Shown: positions 42,019 to 53,219, counted from the first letter of the whole stretch. The stretch is 63,870 nt of DNA, filler included, from Barthelona sp. PAP020 (GCA_040182905.1; 3 parts of 3 records of this genome joined end to end with filler, not necessarily neighbours in it), one strand, 5' to 3'. Made by a program: numbers and translations. The notes: generated from the letters alone by a model not told the origin.

Positions 42019-42666
42019 TCATTCAAAATTAATCTCCTGAAAACAACTGTATAATAAATAAATTGGTAAGCCAACAACGTTATAATAGCATCCCTCAATG
42101 GATTCAATAAATATTGAGGCTAAACTTTGGATTCCATATGCTCCTGCCTTGTCTAACGGATCTTTTGTATCAACGTAAGTTTGAATTTCAGAATCAGTCA
42201 GAACCTTGAACTTAACATTAGTAGTCTCAACTCTGGAGATAACTTGAGAATTAGTTCTTATTGAAATCGCTGTTTTAACTTGATGACTCTTCCCTGATAA
42301 CAAGGATAACATTTCAACTGCTTTTTCAGGTGTTTTAGGTTTACCTAGAATTTCTTCATCGATACAAACAATAGTATCACTACCAATCACAAGGAAAGAT
42401 TCATCTTTATTTTCATCAACATTTTGTTGAAGTAATCTATCGAACACTTCATTTGTTTTCCCTTCAGCCAAGGAAATGACAAATTCATCAACATCTTTAA
42501 ACATAGATACACTTAGTGTAGATTCATCAAAACTGGAGGGATTGATATCAAAGGATAATCCAAGATTTTCAAGAATTTCTTTTCTTCTTGGTGATCCTGA
42601 ACCCAAAATTATTCTGTATTTTCCTAAATTTGGAAGTAAATCTCGTAAAAATGAAGAAAATGTCAT
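42019..42666 (-). CDS. maf: Maf-family nucleoside-triphosphate pyrophosphatase (YhdE/ASMTL type), 215 aa
   Basis: ILGSGSPRR, FDE, IGSDTIV, ILGKP, LSGKSH, DKAGAYGIQ, NVVGLP. Confidence 0.92.
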   Translation of the reverse strand: MTFSSFLRDLLPNLGKYRIILGSGSPRRKEILENLGLSFDINPSSFDESTLSVSMFKDVDEFVISLAEGKTNEVFDRLLQQNVDENKDESFLVIGSDTIVCIDEEILGKPKTPEKAVEMLSLLSGKSHQVKTAISIRTNSQVISRVETTNVKFKVLTDSEIQTYVDTKDPLDKAGAYGIQSLASIFIESIEGCYYNVVGLPIYLLYSCFQEINFE

Positions 42667-42930
42667 TTTGAAAGCTTTTTCAATTTGTTTTTCTCCAAAA
42701 TGTTGTTTTTCTATTAATTTAGGCTTAAATTAAAATTTTAAACCAACCTGGTTCTGGTTGTCCTCCAATAATTTATTTCATTCATTTATATTATTTTTTT
42801 TTCTTCTTAAATGAATTTTTTTGTAATTTTTACCAAAAAATTAATTCAATTGAAATGAATAAATTAATTAAAGGTGTAAAGATCTTCAACGTATTATTTT
42901 TTCCAATTTCATTTTTTTGAGATTGTACTG

Positions 42931-43926
42931 ATGACATACCATTTTAAAGAACGAAAAAGAGAGCCATATTTACAATCCTCAGATGGTTATATACCAAATT
43001 TTAATTCAAATCGATCTTATAATAACAGATGGAATTCTCTAATGAGTATTGAAGAATTAAAAGAACGATTAATTAGAATTAATCAATCTCTAGACAAGGA
43101 AAAAAAGATTTTAAAAGGTTTAACTGAAAAAGACAACAGCGAATTAGAAAACCTACATAGTAAATGCGATAAAGAATATAATCTTTTAAAAAAATTGGAA
43201 AACGAGAATCATCAATTACAGTTACAAATAAATGAGTTTGAAAGGGCAAAAATTCAATTAGAAAAAGAAAAAGAATTATTGACTGAAGATGTGCAACAGA
43301 AAGGAACTGTTGTAAAATCTTTAAAACGTGAAAGATTAAATGTTCGTGAGGAATTAGCAGAAGAACAACAAACCGCCAAAAATCATTTGGCATTGTTGAA
43401 TGTTGAGCAATTCCTTGTGGATTCTTTAAACTTTAAAATCGATTATGAAGAAGTTGGTAAACATTTTTGCAATATTACCGTACATATTAGTAGTAGAAAG
43501 AAATTTTTTTTTCAAAATATTGATTTTTCTGGTCAAAGTAGACATCCATTTCTCTATCATTGTTCTGAAGCTGTTATTAATGAATTAAATGTTCCATCTA
43601 CAATATCAACAGCATTGAAAATAGCTACTCCCACCAAATATCCTCAGCAAAAATTTCGAGAATTGTTTGAATGTATTTGTGTTGGTAAAGCAAACAATGA
43701 ACTACAGATAGCGTTAGGTAGTGTTTTGGAAGTTCCGATAAAGAAACAAATAGAAGAAAAAGATTCCGTATCTGAACAAAAAAGAAATACAAAAAGTCAA
43801 ATTAGTTCAAAAGGTGAAAAAAAGTCAAAAACCATAACAAAAAGCACAAAAACCATATTAAAAGGTACAAAAAATTCTAGAGGAAAGGATAAATCCAAAA
43901 CCATGATGGATTTTTGGAAATATTAA
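42931..43926 (+). CDS. Coiled-coil protein with basic tail and terminal PIP-box-like motif, 331 aa
   Basis: Heptad region aa ~40-150; K-rich tail ending SKTMMDFWKY. Confidence 0.6.
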   Translation: MTYHFKERKREPYLQSSDGYIPNFNSNRSYNNRWNSLMSIEELKERLIRINQSLDKEKKILKGLTEKDNSELENLHSKCDKEYNLLKKLENENHQLQLQINEFERAKIQLEKEKELLTEDVQQKGTVVKSLKRERLNVREELAEEQQTAKNHLALLNVEQFLVDSLNFKIDYEEVGKHFCNITVHISSRKKFFFQNIDFSGQSRHPFLYHCSEAVINELNVPSTISTALKIATPTKYPQQKFRELFECICVGKANNELQIALGSVLEVPIKKQIEEKDSVSEQKRNTKSQISSKGEKKSKTITKSTKTILKGTKNSRGKDKSKTMMDFWKY

Positions 43927-43998
43927 GATTTTGTAAACTTACTGAATTTTTGTTATCTCAATTTTAATAAACGAGACATTTTTCATGCAAATATACAA

Positions 43999-44134
43999 TA
44001 TAAATGTGTTTAAGGTTTCTTCTTTCAATTTCTGATATTAATGGATATCAAAATTGAAAGTGAAACAACAACAAAGAATCAAATGATTCAGGGTAATAAG
44101 GATGCAAGTGTACATAGTAGGTTAGCAAGGAATT
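43999..44134 (+). repeat. Dispersed repeat, copy 1 (136 bp)
   Basis: Ungapped match to 63478-63613; 11 mismatches by hand count (~92% identity). Confidence 0.92.
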
Positions 44135-44290
44135 ACATGGTTTCATCAAGGAAACCCAGAGAAGAACAATCAAAATTTATTGGCAAGAAGGGAAAAGATT
44201 ATTGAACTTTTATTTAGATAATCGCCCCATCCACACCTAAAGTATTTCTTTTTTTTTTAAGAGTGTTCTGAACCATCCACGCAAAACGAC

Positions 44291-44390
44291 NNNNNNNNNN
44301 NNNNNNNNNNNNNNNNNNNNNNNNNNNNNNNNNNTTAATTAATTAANNNNNNNNNNNNNNNNNNNNNNNNNNNNNNNNNNNNNNNNNNNN
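44291..44390. other. Artificial contig-joining linker
   Basis: Same 100-nt N/TTAATTAATTAA/N design as 22179-22278. Confidence 0.97.
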
Positions 44391-44492
44391 AGACGAGCGT
44401 TCGCATATAAAATCCCTCAATTCCCCCACCCCCACGGATGGTTTAATGAAGTCATAAATAAAATAAAAAAATTTAACAACGGAAAAAAGAGA

Positions 44493-46172
44493 CTACAATT
44501 TTTTGAGATATTCTAAAGCTAAAACAAAGTATAATAACTGATCAAAGGAATAACAAACCAAAAAAACAGAAGGATAATTGACCAGAACAATTTCAATTGA
44601 TAAATATCTGAATGGTTCAATTAAAGGAGAAAATAATTGTGGGGGCAAATGACCCAAATGATAATCTGAAATTTTATATGACCTTTTAAAGGATTCATCT
44701 GAGAATAACTGTTTATACTTGTTTAAATCTGCATTATCAGTGTTATACGTTATGTTATTGGCATTATTTGTACTTAAAACATTAACAGTATTCAAATAAT
44801 TCTGGGATCTAGTTTTTGAAGCCCAATTAAGAGTCTTATCATGAAAATTAATAACAAAGAACCTAGAATGGCCTCTAGATAACCCTTTTTTAACATGCTT
44901 AAAACAAAACATGCCATTTTGTAAAATAGCTGCAAAGGATGCCCCATTCAAATTTAATAATTCACTAAAATTTTCACATAAATCTTGGGTGCGTAAATAT
45001 GAAGGTTTAGACAATCTTCTTAATCTCGATAAAACCTCAAAAGGAATAGGGTTAACCAATAACTTTTCATTTCCGTTCAAATCTGATTGAAATAAGGGTA
45101 TTTGAGGAACTTTGCGATAATATTCTGAAAAGCTAAACTTTAATTGTTTATATATAGCTGTTAACAGATCTGTTTGCCCGTTAAACCCAAAATCTGACCC
45201 CAAAGTATTTGAATCCACCTCACTTGTGTCTGTTTCACTCATGTCAGTCTCACTTGTCTCTACATGTTCCAAATAACGTTTTTCTGACTTCAATAAGGTG
45301 CTCCTATTTTTATCCATTTTGATTCCCGTGGCTGCAAGAGGACTTAGCATATCAGTACAAGGAAAGTCCTTATAATTTGCAGTTGCTGCCAGTTGTCTTC
45401 GAGTCAAACTGAAGCGGCCATACAACGTTATTAATACCATCATATGAGATGCTTGATCCTTAAGAAAGAATTTGTAAGAATTGTCATTTGAATAGTGTAC
45501 CACAATGATATGCCCATTATTAGCTTCTTCCAATGACAAACTATTGGTAATCCCGTGAAATTGAAAATTATGGTCTAACGTCTCTATTTTTTCAATATCG
45601 GAAAAAATATGCTGTGAAAATGTTTTAGAAGTGGGCAGTTTATGGGCAATATAATTTTGCCCGATTGATAAAATGTGGTCATGAATATTATTCAAAGTGT
45701 CGATGGCCCAAACATAAAAATCGCTTATACCGGTCGTACGATCAAATTTATTCAAATCAGGGACTTTAAATTGTCCGATGTTTCGTCCATTTCTAATGGT
45801 AAAGTCAGGATTAAATGACAAAGGTAAATTTTTTAAATTTAAAATTTGAAATCTCATTGAAACATTTTGATTACTTTGGGAATTCTCTAATAAAAAAGCT
45901 GATAGATATAATAATATTTCTGATCTTAACAATGAAGAATAACAATAAGTTAAACCAAAATCAAATTCAATTCGAAACAAATGTGAACATTTAGAATCAA
46001 ATGAAAAGTTGGAAATACTATTTAATGATTTTTGCAAAGTTATTTGACCAGTTTGTGGTTCAATCAATAATAAATCATTTCTATTCAATGCTAAAAGTCG
46101 AAATTGAATATTTCTGTCATATAATTGTAATACCGGATAATTAACAGTAGTGACACTTTCCGTCACTGTCAT
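44493..46172 (-). CDS. Protein with PH-like domains
   Basis: C-terminal PLC-type PH pattern LQNGMFCFKH..RFFVI..LNW..LSI..LVC..YFVLALEYL and two N-terminal PH-like strand/helix patterns. First ATG is 46172. Confidence 0.55.
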   Translation of the reverse strand: MTVTESVTTVNYPVLQLYDRNIQFRLLALNRNDLLLIEPQTGQITLQKSLNSISNFSFDSKCSHLFRIEFDFGLTYCYSSLLRSEILLYLSAFLLENSQSNQNVSMRFQILNLKNLPLSFNPDFTIRNGRNIGQFKVPDLNKFDRTTGISDFYVWAIDTLNNIHDHILSIGQNYIAHKLPTSKTFSQHIFSDIEKIETLDHNFQFHGITNSLSLEEANNGHIIVVHYSNDNSYKFFLKDQASHMMVLITLYGRFSLTRRQLAATANYKDFPCTDMLSPLAATGIKMDKNRSTLLKSEKRYLEHVETSETDMSETDTSEVDSNTLGSDFGFNGQTDLLTAIYKQLKFSFSEYYRKVPQIPLFQSDLNGNEKLLVNPIPFEVLSRLRRLSKPSYLRTQDLCENFSELLNLNGASFAAILQNGMFCFKHVKKGLSRGHSRFFVINFHDKTLNWASKTRSQNYLNTVNVLSTNNANNITYNTDNADLNKYKQLFSDESFKRSYKISDYHLGHLPPQLFSPLIEPFRYLSIEIVLVNYPSVFLVCYSFDQLLYFVLALEYLKKL

Positions 46173-46369
46173 ATTAAAAGCAAATTGCAAAAAAGATAAA
46201 AAAATTGAATTTAACTTTTTTTTTTGAAGCTTTTAAAAGTTTATTTTCAAGTTTTTATCTCAGATTATTTAAATTAAATGACTTTTAAGACAATTTCTTC
46301 GTTATAAAAATAAAATTAAAGTGAAAACCTGTTCAATTTTTTTTTTAATTTTATACATTGCATTTTGAA

Positions 46370-49300
46370 ATGCAAATTATCGACGCATGGGGATTGAATC
46401 ATAATTTATCCGATGTTTCTCTTATATTGCCGAACAAACAATTGTTGTATACGAGTGGAAGATTTTTTGTTTTAAATGATTTACAAAATAATACCAAAAA
46501 GAAAGTACCCTTTCCTGAAGATGTAATTAATGTGAATAGAATGATATTGTCACCAGATTCTAAATTTATTTTAGCTTTTGAAACAATTGTAAATTCTAAA
46601 CGTTGTAATTTCACCGTTCTTTCTGCAAAAACTTTAAAACGTATTCGAAGTTTCTCGAGATTGGATATTTTACCTAGTAACATTGTTCATTTTTCTATAT
46701 CTTCAGATGCACATTTTTTGTTGCTGCTAATTCGTGCCACAAATGAAGATGTTGTGTCTTTAGTTGAATTAGACAAAGGTAAAGTCATTTCAAATATGAA
46801 AATACCTTCCAATCAACAATCTCAACTTTTGGAAATAATTCCTTCTCCATTTGATAACACCTGCTTTTTATTATTAGGAAGCATTTCCTTGAAGTTTATT
46901 AGATTACATGACAACCATTTCAGACAAATGAATGGTGGTGTTGTTAGAAATAAGGATACACCGGACCGTTTTGTTTGTGCCACTTGGTTCAGTGCTGAAG
47001 ATATATTCGTTGGAACTACTAGTGGTGAAATTGTTTATTTAAAGAATGGAGAACCTGGACCTTCATTATCTCCCTGTATTGAATCAGGTGTGGGAATCAC
47101 ATCAATTTACAGCGTTAGAAATACATTGATTGCAGGTGCTTCTGATAGCTCGTTGTACATTTTTCGAAAAATTGATCAGCCCCTTGTTGAACTGACTAAG
47201 ATGAAAACTAAAAGGTCTTCACAACTGTTTGATGACATGAAGTCAGAGGTTTCATTTATGTCTGCCACGTCAAAGAGAAAAAGTCAAACAAATCGAGAAC
47301 AGATTATCATTCCTATCAATTTAGTGGGTATGGTATATCCCTCAACTAGGATTGCATATTTAGACATAAATAATAAGCTAAATAATGTTGATGCTAGTAG
47401 AAATGGTCAAGATGCTTACATGGATTCCATTGAAGCCACTCATGAATTGTTCAGTAGTGTGATTGAGGCAACGGGAAGCATTGACAAAATTTTGGTTTCC
47501 AACGATTTGGGTTTATTTGTTTTTATAACCAGTGATCATGATATTTTTGTGTATCAAAAGAATTTAGATGATTTTTTGGCGGATTCATCACAAGCCAAAT
47601 TAATAAGAAATCCTTTACACAATATCACTGCAATGTGCGTAGCAAGAGATAAGCCTTTGGTTTTTATTGGGGATTCTAAAGGTATTTTGACGATTTATGC
47701 TTATAATTTGCAACAAGAAGTGATGGAAAAGCAAATAAAAATTGTTGACACAGATCGACCAGGATATGAACGACCCAGCAAAATTTCTGCATTAGCTATT
47801 CATCCGAATGGACATTTTTTGGCGATCGCTCTGGAAACTGAAGTTCGAATTTGTTCTGTTTTACTTAATGATCTGAAAGTTGTACATACCTTTCCTGTAG
47901 GCAATTCTGCATGTTTGAAATTTAGTCCTGGTGGTCAAAATTTAGCTATTGCCAATGGTAATTCAATGTTAATTGTTTCTTCATATTCACCTGATGTTTT
48001 GGCAGTTTTACGAGGACATTCTGATCCTATTTCATATTTAGATTTTGAAAATGATGATAGCATTCTTTATACTGTGTCTTTGGATGGTAGAGCGTTGAGA
48101 TGGAATGTATCCACTGGTAGAAAAATACAAGAATGGCAGCAAGTAGGTCATGCTGCCATTGAAACTGCATGTTCAATCAAACGAAATACATTAATAACTT
48201 GTGGTGTTGGAACTAATGTTGAAGATGAGCAAGTGTTAAATTTTAATCTTAGCGAACAGAAGAATGAATGTTTATTTGTTGACAGTCAATCAATTTTAAG
48301 TCAAATTAGAGACTTTAAAATGGTTGGTACTTCTTTGGCATTATTGGATTCTTTAAGTGCTATTGCTGCTAATTCAACGCATGCTTTCATTGGGTATGAA
48401 ACAGGTAAGTTGGATATATTTGAATTTCCAATAGATGCTGAGAGTAAGCCTATTTATTCAGTGTTTTTGTTCAATTGTTCAATAGCTTCAATTGACATTA
48501 GTGTGGATGAACAATTCATTCTAATTGGATCTAAAGAGGGTCAAATTATTGTTGGAACTTTAAAAAAGGAAGAAATGAATGATATTGATGGTGAAAGGAA
48601 AGAAATCGTTTATTCAGATGAAATTATGCTGAATCATGCAGGAATTAAATTGTTGTTACATAGTATTTCACATTTAAATGAAGAAATTCTTGAAAAGAAA
48701 AGAAATTATGAGAAAAAATTTGAAAATATGGTGGATGATCATGAGATGATGAAAGGAAAAATTTTATTCAAGTATAAACAACAAATAACAGAAGAAACAG
48801 AAAATTTGAATTCATTATCGAAGCAGTTAGAAAATGAAGAAAATGCTCATGTGGAGAAAATGATCAAAACTAACACTGCACATGGTTTATTAAAAGATGA
48901 GATGAAAGAAACATTTCAATTAAAGAAAAGACATGAAGATATTGAATTAAAGAAATTGAAAGATGAAATCAAAGCTTTTGAAAAGGAATCTAGTGAATAT
49001 GTGAAAACCAAGACCCGAGAACATCAAGAACAATGTCACAGAATAGCAAATGATTTTGAGTTAGCATTAGCGAAGAATAGAAAGGAAAGGAAAGATGCTG
49101 AATATGAAAGAGAAAAAACAAGAGAAGAACAAGAAGAATTGATTCAAGAATTACAAGAAAAATTTGACAGTGATTTACTTGCACTAAAAATGTATTATAA
49201 ACGAAGAACCTTCAATGAATTGAAAGCTCAAACGAAATTAAAAGCAGTCCAAGAAGATTTAGAGAAGACTAAAAAAATAATTGATGAAAGAGTATCACAC

Positions 49301-50287
49301 AATAAGAATGAAATTGATGAAATCCGCAGACAAATGGAAACAAAGCGTGAAAAGATTTTAATACTGGAAAAAGAAATCGAAAGTATGAAACAAGAGATTG
49401 AAGAACGACGTCAAACGTCTTTGGAAAAAGAACAGAGAATTGCTAATTTGGAAAAAAAGATTGAAGAATTAACCAAATTTAAATTTGTGTTAAACTATAA
49501 AATTACTGAGTTAAGAAAAGATATTTATCCTAAAACTAGACTGATAGGATTATTAGAACAAAGAATAGAAAATAGATTAAGGGAGTTAGCTTCTTCAATA
49601 AATAAAAATGACATGATAAAAGTTCAAATTAAAGAAGAGTTATTGAAAATGAATTCTATCAAATCCCATGGTAGCAAAGAGGATAAAAAATCCATAATTT
49701 TACAAAAATATTGGAAAAATTTCATTAACGAATTTTCATATCTTGTAGAAGTTTTTGAAAAGGACAATAAACAATTTTCTTCAAGTATAAGAAGCTTTTA
49801 CAGAAAACACATTGAAAATGACAGATTATTGGAAAAATTATTGAAAGATTTCGATCATGTTGATGATTCAACTGGTACAAAGACAAAAGTACAAACAGAT
49901 TTGGATTCGATCAATGATAGAGATCAAGAATTGTTGAAAGAAAGAATGTATTTGCAAAAACAGCTTAAAAACATTCAAATGAGTCATGAAAAAGTAATTT
50001 CAAATGGCAAAAGAAATCGAGAAAAAGTTTTGAAAGAAAATTCACATTTGGTCAATGAAATCAATATTTTGAGAAGAGAAACTCATTCTTTAAGGAAAAA
50101 ACAAGTCAATCAATTAGGAAAAAATAATGAATTACAAGAATTAAGGTCAACCAAAACTAATATCATCAAAGATTTGAAAACAAAAATTGAAGCTTTGGAA
50201 AATTCCATAAATTCAACTACAAAAATTATCAACAATAATCGTACCCTTGAAAAATTGCCTCCAAAAATTATGTTGGAAACAAATTAG
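46370..50287 (+). CDS. CFAP57: Cilia/flagella-associated protein 57-like (WD40 + coiled coil)
   Basis: WD40 region (ALAIHPNGHFLAI, FSPGGQNLA, LRGH) plus a coiled coil carrying the CFAP57 hallmark ELTKFKFVLNYKITELRKDIYP. First ATG is 46370. Confidence 0.85.
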   Translation: MQIIDAWGLNHNLSDVSLILPNKQLLYTSGRFFVLNDLQNNTKKKVPFPEDVINVNRMILSPDSKFILAFETIVNSKRCNFTVLSAKTLKRIRSFSRLDILPSNIVHFSISSDAHFLLLLIRATNEDVVSLVELDKGKVISNMKIPSNQQSQLLEIIPSPFDNTCFLLLGSISLKFIRLHDNHFRQMNGGVVRNKDTPDRFVCATWFSAEDIFVGTTSGEIVYLKNGEPGPSLSPCIESGVGITSIYSVRNTLIAGASDSSLYIFRKIDQPLVELTKMKTKRSSQLFDDMKSEVSFMSATSKRKSQTNREQIIIPINLVGMVYPSTRIAYLDINNKLNNVDASRNGQDAYMDSIEATHELFSSVIEATGSIDKILVSNDLGLFVFITSDHDIFVYQKNLDDFLADSSQAKLIRNPLHNITAMCVARDKPLVFIGDSKGILTIYAYNLQQEVMEKQIKIVDTDRPGYERPSKISALAIHPNGHFLAIALETEVRICSVLLNDLKVVHTFPVGNSACLKFSPGGQNLAIANGNSMLIVSSYSPDVLAVLRGHSDPISYLDFENDDSILYTVSLDGRALRWNVSTGRKIQEWQQVGHAAIETACSIKRNTLITCGVGTNVEDEQVLNFNLSEQKNECLFVDSQSILSQIRDFKMVGTSLALLDSLSAIAANSTHAFIGYETGKLDIFEFPIDAESKPIYSVFLFNCSIASIDISVDEQFILIGSKEGQIIVGTLKKEEMNDIDGERKEIVYSDEIMLNHAGIKLLLHSISHLNEEILEKKRNYEKKFENMVDDHEMMKGKILFKYKQQITEETENLNSLSKQLENEENAHVEKMIKTNTAHGLLKDEMKETFQLKKRHEDIELKKLKDEIKAFEKESSEYVKTKTREHQEQCHRIANDFELALAKNRKERKDAEYEREKTREEQEELIQELQEKFDSDLLALKMYYKRRTFNELKAQTKLKAVQEDLEKTKKIIDERVSHNKNEIDEIRRQMETKREKILILEKEIESMKQEIEERRQTSLEKEQRIANLEKKIEELTKFKFVLNYKITELRKDIYPKTRLIGLLEQRIENRLRELASSINKNDMIKVQIKEELLKMNSIKSHGSKEDKKSIILQKYWKNFINEFSYLVEVFEKDNKQFSSSIRSFYRKHIENDRLLEKLLKDFDHVDDSTGTKTKVQTDLDSINDRDQELLKERMYLQKQLKNIQMSHEKVISNGKRNREKVLKENSHLVNEINILRRETHSLRKKQVNQLGKNNELQELRSTKTNIIKDLKTKIEALENSINSTTKIINNNRTLEKLPPKIMLETN

Positions 50288-50455
50288 AATTATGAAATAA
50301 TAATAATGTAAAGTACCATATATAGTATTTATTTTGTTTATTTATTGCAACTAGAATAAATTTTTTTTACTAATTTAGAATTCACTGAGAGTTTTTTTGT
50401 TTATCCAACAAGCATTCACATTTTTTCCAATTTTTTTTTTTCATTTAAGTTTTAT

Positions 50456-51358
50456 ATGACTTCTGATCAAACGAAAAGATTAGAAAAACTTAAAAATGTT
50501 GTCTTAAACGAAATTAAGAGAAATCCAGAAGGAATATTTTATGACGAATTACAAAATGCATTAATGCATCAAAAAGTTCAACCCAAAATTTTATCCCAAT
50601 TATTAGTTCATTTCCATAAAGAGAATTTTATTAAAGCAGAACAATTTCATGGGAAAATCAAAATTAATTTCATCAGTGAAGATGATAGTATTGATCCTGT
50701 TGAATCTCATATATTAGAAATATTAGAAAAAGCTGGAAATATGGGAAAATATTTGCCAGAAATTAGAAGAGAAGTAAAATCAAGGAACGTTTCAAAGGTA
50801 TTAGAAAGATTGATCAAACAAAAAAAAGTCAAACAAATATTTTCTTTACAAGCAGGGAAAAAGCGTTTGTATATGATGTTTAATATGGAACCAAATCCAG
50901 TTCATACAGGAGGTCCTTGGTATAATGAAAAGCTTGAATTTGATTACCATTTTGTTGAAGCCTTAAGAGATGTTGTTTTGGAAATATTGATGAGAAATTC
51001 ATTAAATATTGATGGTATCTCCCTTGCCATTGAAAAATCCAGTGTAACATCTGTAAAATTGTCAAAACAACACGTTAATATTCTTGTAAATGCATTATTA
51101 TATGATAATTTAGTCTGTACAATCCCAGATCCAAAAGGTTCCAGAAACAGCGATGGTTCTTTAAAATTAATATATTATGTGAATCCTTATTGTATCAGAG
51201 AAGATTCCCTCAATCGAAAACTAATAATCCAGCCTAAGGAAAACTTTTTTGGTAATGTTCCTTGTTCTAATTGTCATCTACGAAATGTTTGCTCGGACAA
51301 AGGTGACATCACACCAGAAAAATGTGAATATTTGGATTGTTGGTTGTATGATCAATAA
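50456..51358 (+). CDS. POLR3F: RNA polymerase III subunit RPC6/RPC34, 300 aa
   Basis: GNMG, KKRLYMMFNMEP..HTGGPWY..EFD..FV; C-terminal Fe-S cysteines PCSNC..C..ITPEKCEYL..W. Confidence 0.93.
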   Translation: MTSDQTKRLEKLKNVVLNEIKRNPEGIFYDELQNALMHQKVQPKILSQLLVHFHKENFIKAEQFHGKIKINFISEDDSIDPVESHILEILEKAGNMGKYLPEIRREVKSRNVSKVLERLIKQKKVKQIFSLQAGKKRLYMMFNMEPNPVHTGGPWYNEKLEFDYHFVEALRDVVLEILMRNSLNIDGISLAIEKSSVTSVKLSKQHVNILVNALLYDNLVCTIPDPKGSRNSDGSLKLIYYVNPYCIREDSLNRKLIIQPKENFFGNVPCSNCHLRNVCSDKGDITPEKCEYLDCWLYDQ

Positions 51359-51576
51359 ATAATTGAGTAACAAGTTTGTTGTTTATTCTTTTGTCAAATT
51401 GTCTTGATAAAGAAATTAGATGTATTAAATTACACAATAATTCAAATTTCCCAAAGTAGAACTATTTTTATGAATTATCAAAGAACCCTGTAAAAAAAAT
51501 TTCAATCAATTGATTTTTCATTAATTTTATATATTATTTTTAATTAAAGAAAGTAAACAAAAAATAACAATAAAAA

Positions 51577-52873
51577 ATGGAAAAGGAGAAATAAACAAAA
51601 ATTACTTTCTTTTAATCAGCTTTTATCTTTTCAGATTAAACTATTTTTGACAAAAATACCTCAAAAAACTAAAAAAGAAAAAAGAAAAGAGGAAATTCAT
51701 CTTCAAAGATTGACTGATGAAACCTTCTTGAAAGAAATTCATTCAAAACAAATAGACCCTTCGAAATTTGTGAAAGTTAGACCAATAGGATATGGTTCAT
51801 CTGGTATTGTATGGTTGGGAGCATATGCTGAATGTAGCAAACCATTTGCAATTAAAGTATATGATCGCAATGCAATGCTCAGATCTAATCGATTAAGAAG
51901 AGTTATTTCTGAAAGAGATATATTGACATCTGCTAGACATCCATTTATTGTGTCGTTTCATGCTTCTTTTGAAACTGAAAACAACTTATTTTTTGTCACT
52001 GATTTTTGCCCTGGTGGTGAATTATTCAGATTACTGCAAAAACAAAAAGGTCATAGATTACCTGAACAAAGTGTTCGTTTTTATGCTGCAGAAATTCTCA
52101 GTGCTTTGGAATATTTACATTTTTGTGGGATTATTTACCGAGATTTAAAACCAGAAAATATTTTAGTTGATGCAGCGGGACACATCAAATTGACAGATTT
52201 TGATTTATCGAAACGTTTTGTTTTACCCACAATTTCTAACAGCCAAATAGAAAGCCATAGTTGGTGGCAATTTTGGAAATCAAAAGTTCCAGTACAAATT
52301 GTGAAAGAGACTATCGCTCCTACATTGTTATTTCAGACGGATTCCTTTGTTGGTACTGCTCAATACCTAAGTCCTGAAATGTTAAAAGGTGAGACCTATA
52401 ATGCATCGGTTGATTTTTGGGCATTCGGGATACTGTTGTTTGAGCTTTTGTACGGTTTTGCACCTTTTACTGGATCATCAAGGAAATCAACGTTTAAATC
52501 AATAATGGAAGGGGCTTTAGTTTTTCCGACAAGAGTTAAGGTATCAGATGATGCCAAGGATTTAATTTCTAGGCTTTTACATCCAAATCCAGCTGCAAGA
52601 TTGGGAGTTATATATGGAGCACAACAATTAAAAGATCATCCTTGGTTTAAAGATGTTAATTTTAATCATTTATTGTTTGAACAACCACCTATAGTGCCTG
52701 ATTTGAAAAATGCTTGGGATTGTGAATATTTTCCAGTCAATGTTAATCAACTGGTAAAATTGAAAACAGAAATTGGTCAAAAGTTTGTTCTCCCTGAAGA
52801 AGTTCACATGGAAGATGATAGATTGGTGGCTGGTATAAGCTGTCCACCCAATCAATTTTTGCCTGATTTGTAG
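51577..52873 (+). CDS. AGC Ser/Thr kinase of the DFD type (phototropin/Fpk1/Nrc-2-like); start unresolved
   Basis: GYGSSG, FAIK, YRDLKPEN, TDFDLS, insert, SFVGTAQYLSPE. The kinase frame is open only from 51557 and its first in-frame ATG lies after subdomain II; ATG 51577 is one base out of frame. Confidence 0.85.
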
Positions 52874-53219
52874 AATAAATTTTAACACACTTTTTTGATT
52901 ATTGTTAATTTAAACATTTTCTTTCTTATTTAAAGTTTAAAATAGAAATTTTGATAAGATATTCCACAAAAGGGTTGTTCATCAGCAAAGAACAAAGTTT
53001 TGAGTTTAAATTAAATAAACCAATTGTAGCACCCCTCTCAAAGCTAAATATTCAAAGAAGGGATATTAATAAGGATTAAAAAGAGTATTGTTCTCTTCCC
53101 AAAATATCATATTAAAGGCAATTTATAATATATTTTTGAAAAAAGGAGGCTGGTTTATTGTTTCAACATTAGAGAAACAAGAGCTCTTTTCTGCTTTGAT
53201 TTTTTTTTTTTCAAAAACT

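Noticed and set aside
44271..44443. AACCATCC / GGATGGTT inverted pair flanking the second gap as transposon TIRs
   Set aside because: Only 8 bp, no matching TSD, and the two sides are different contigs joined artificially.
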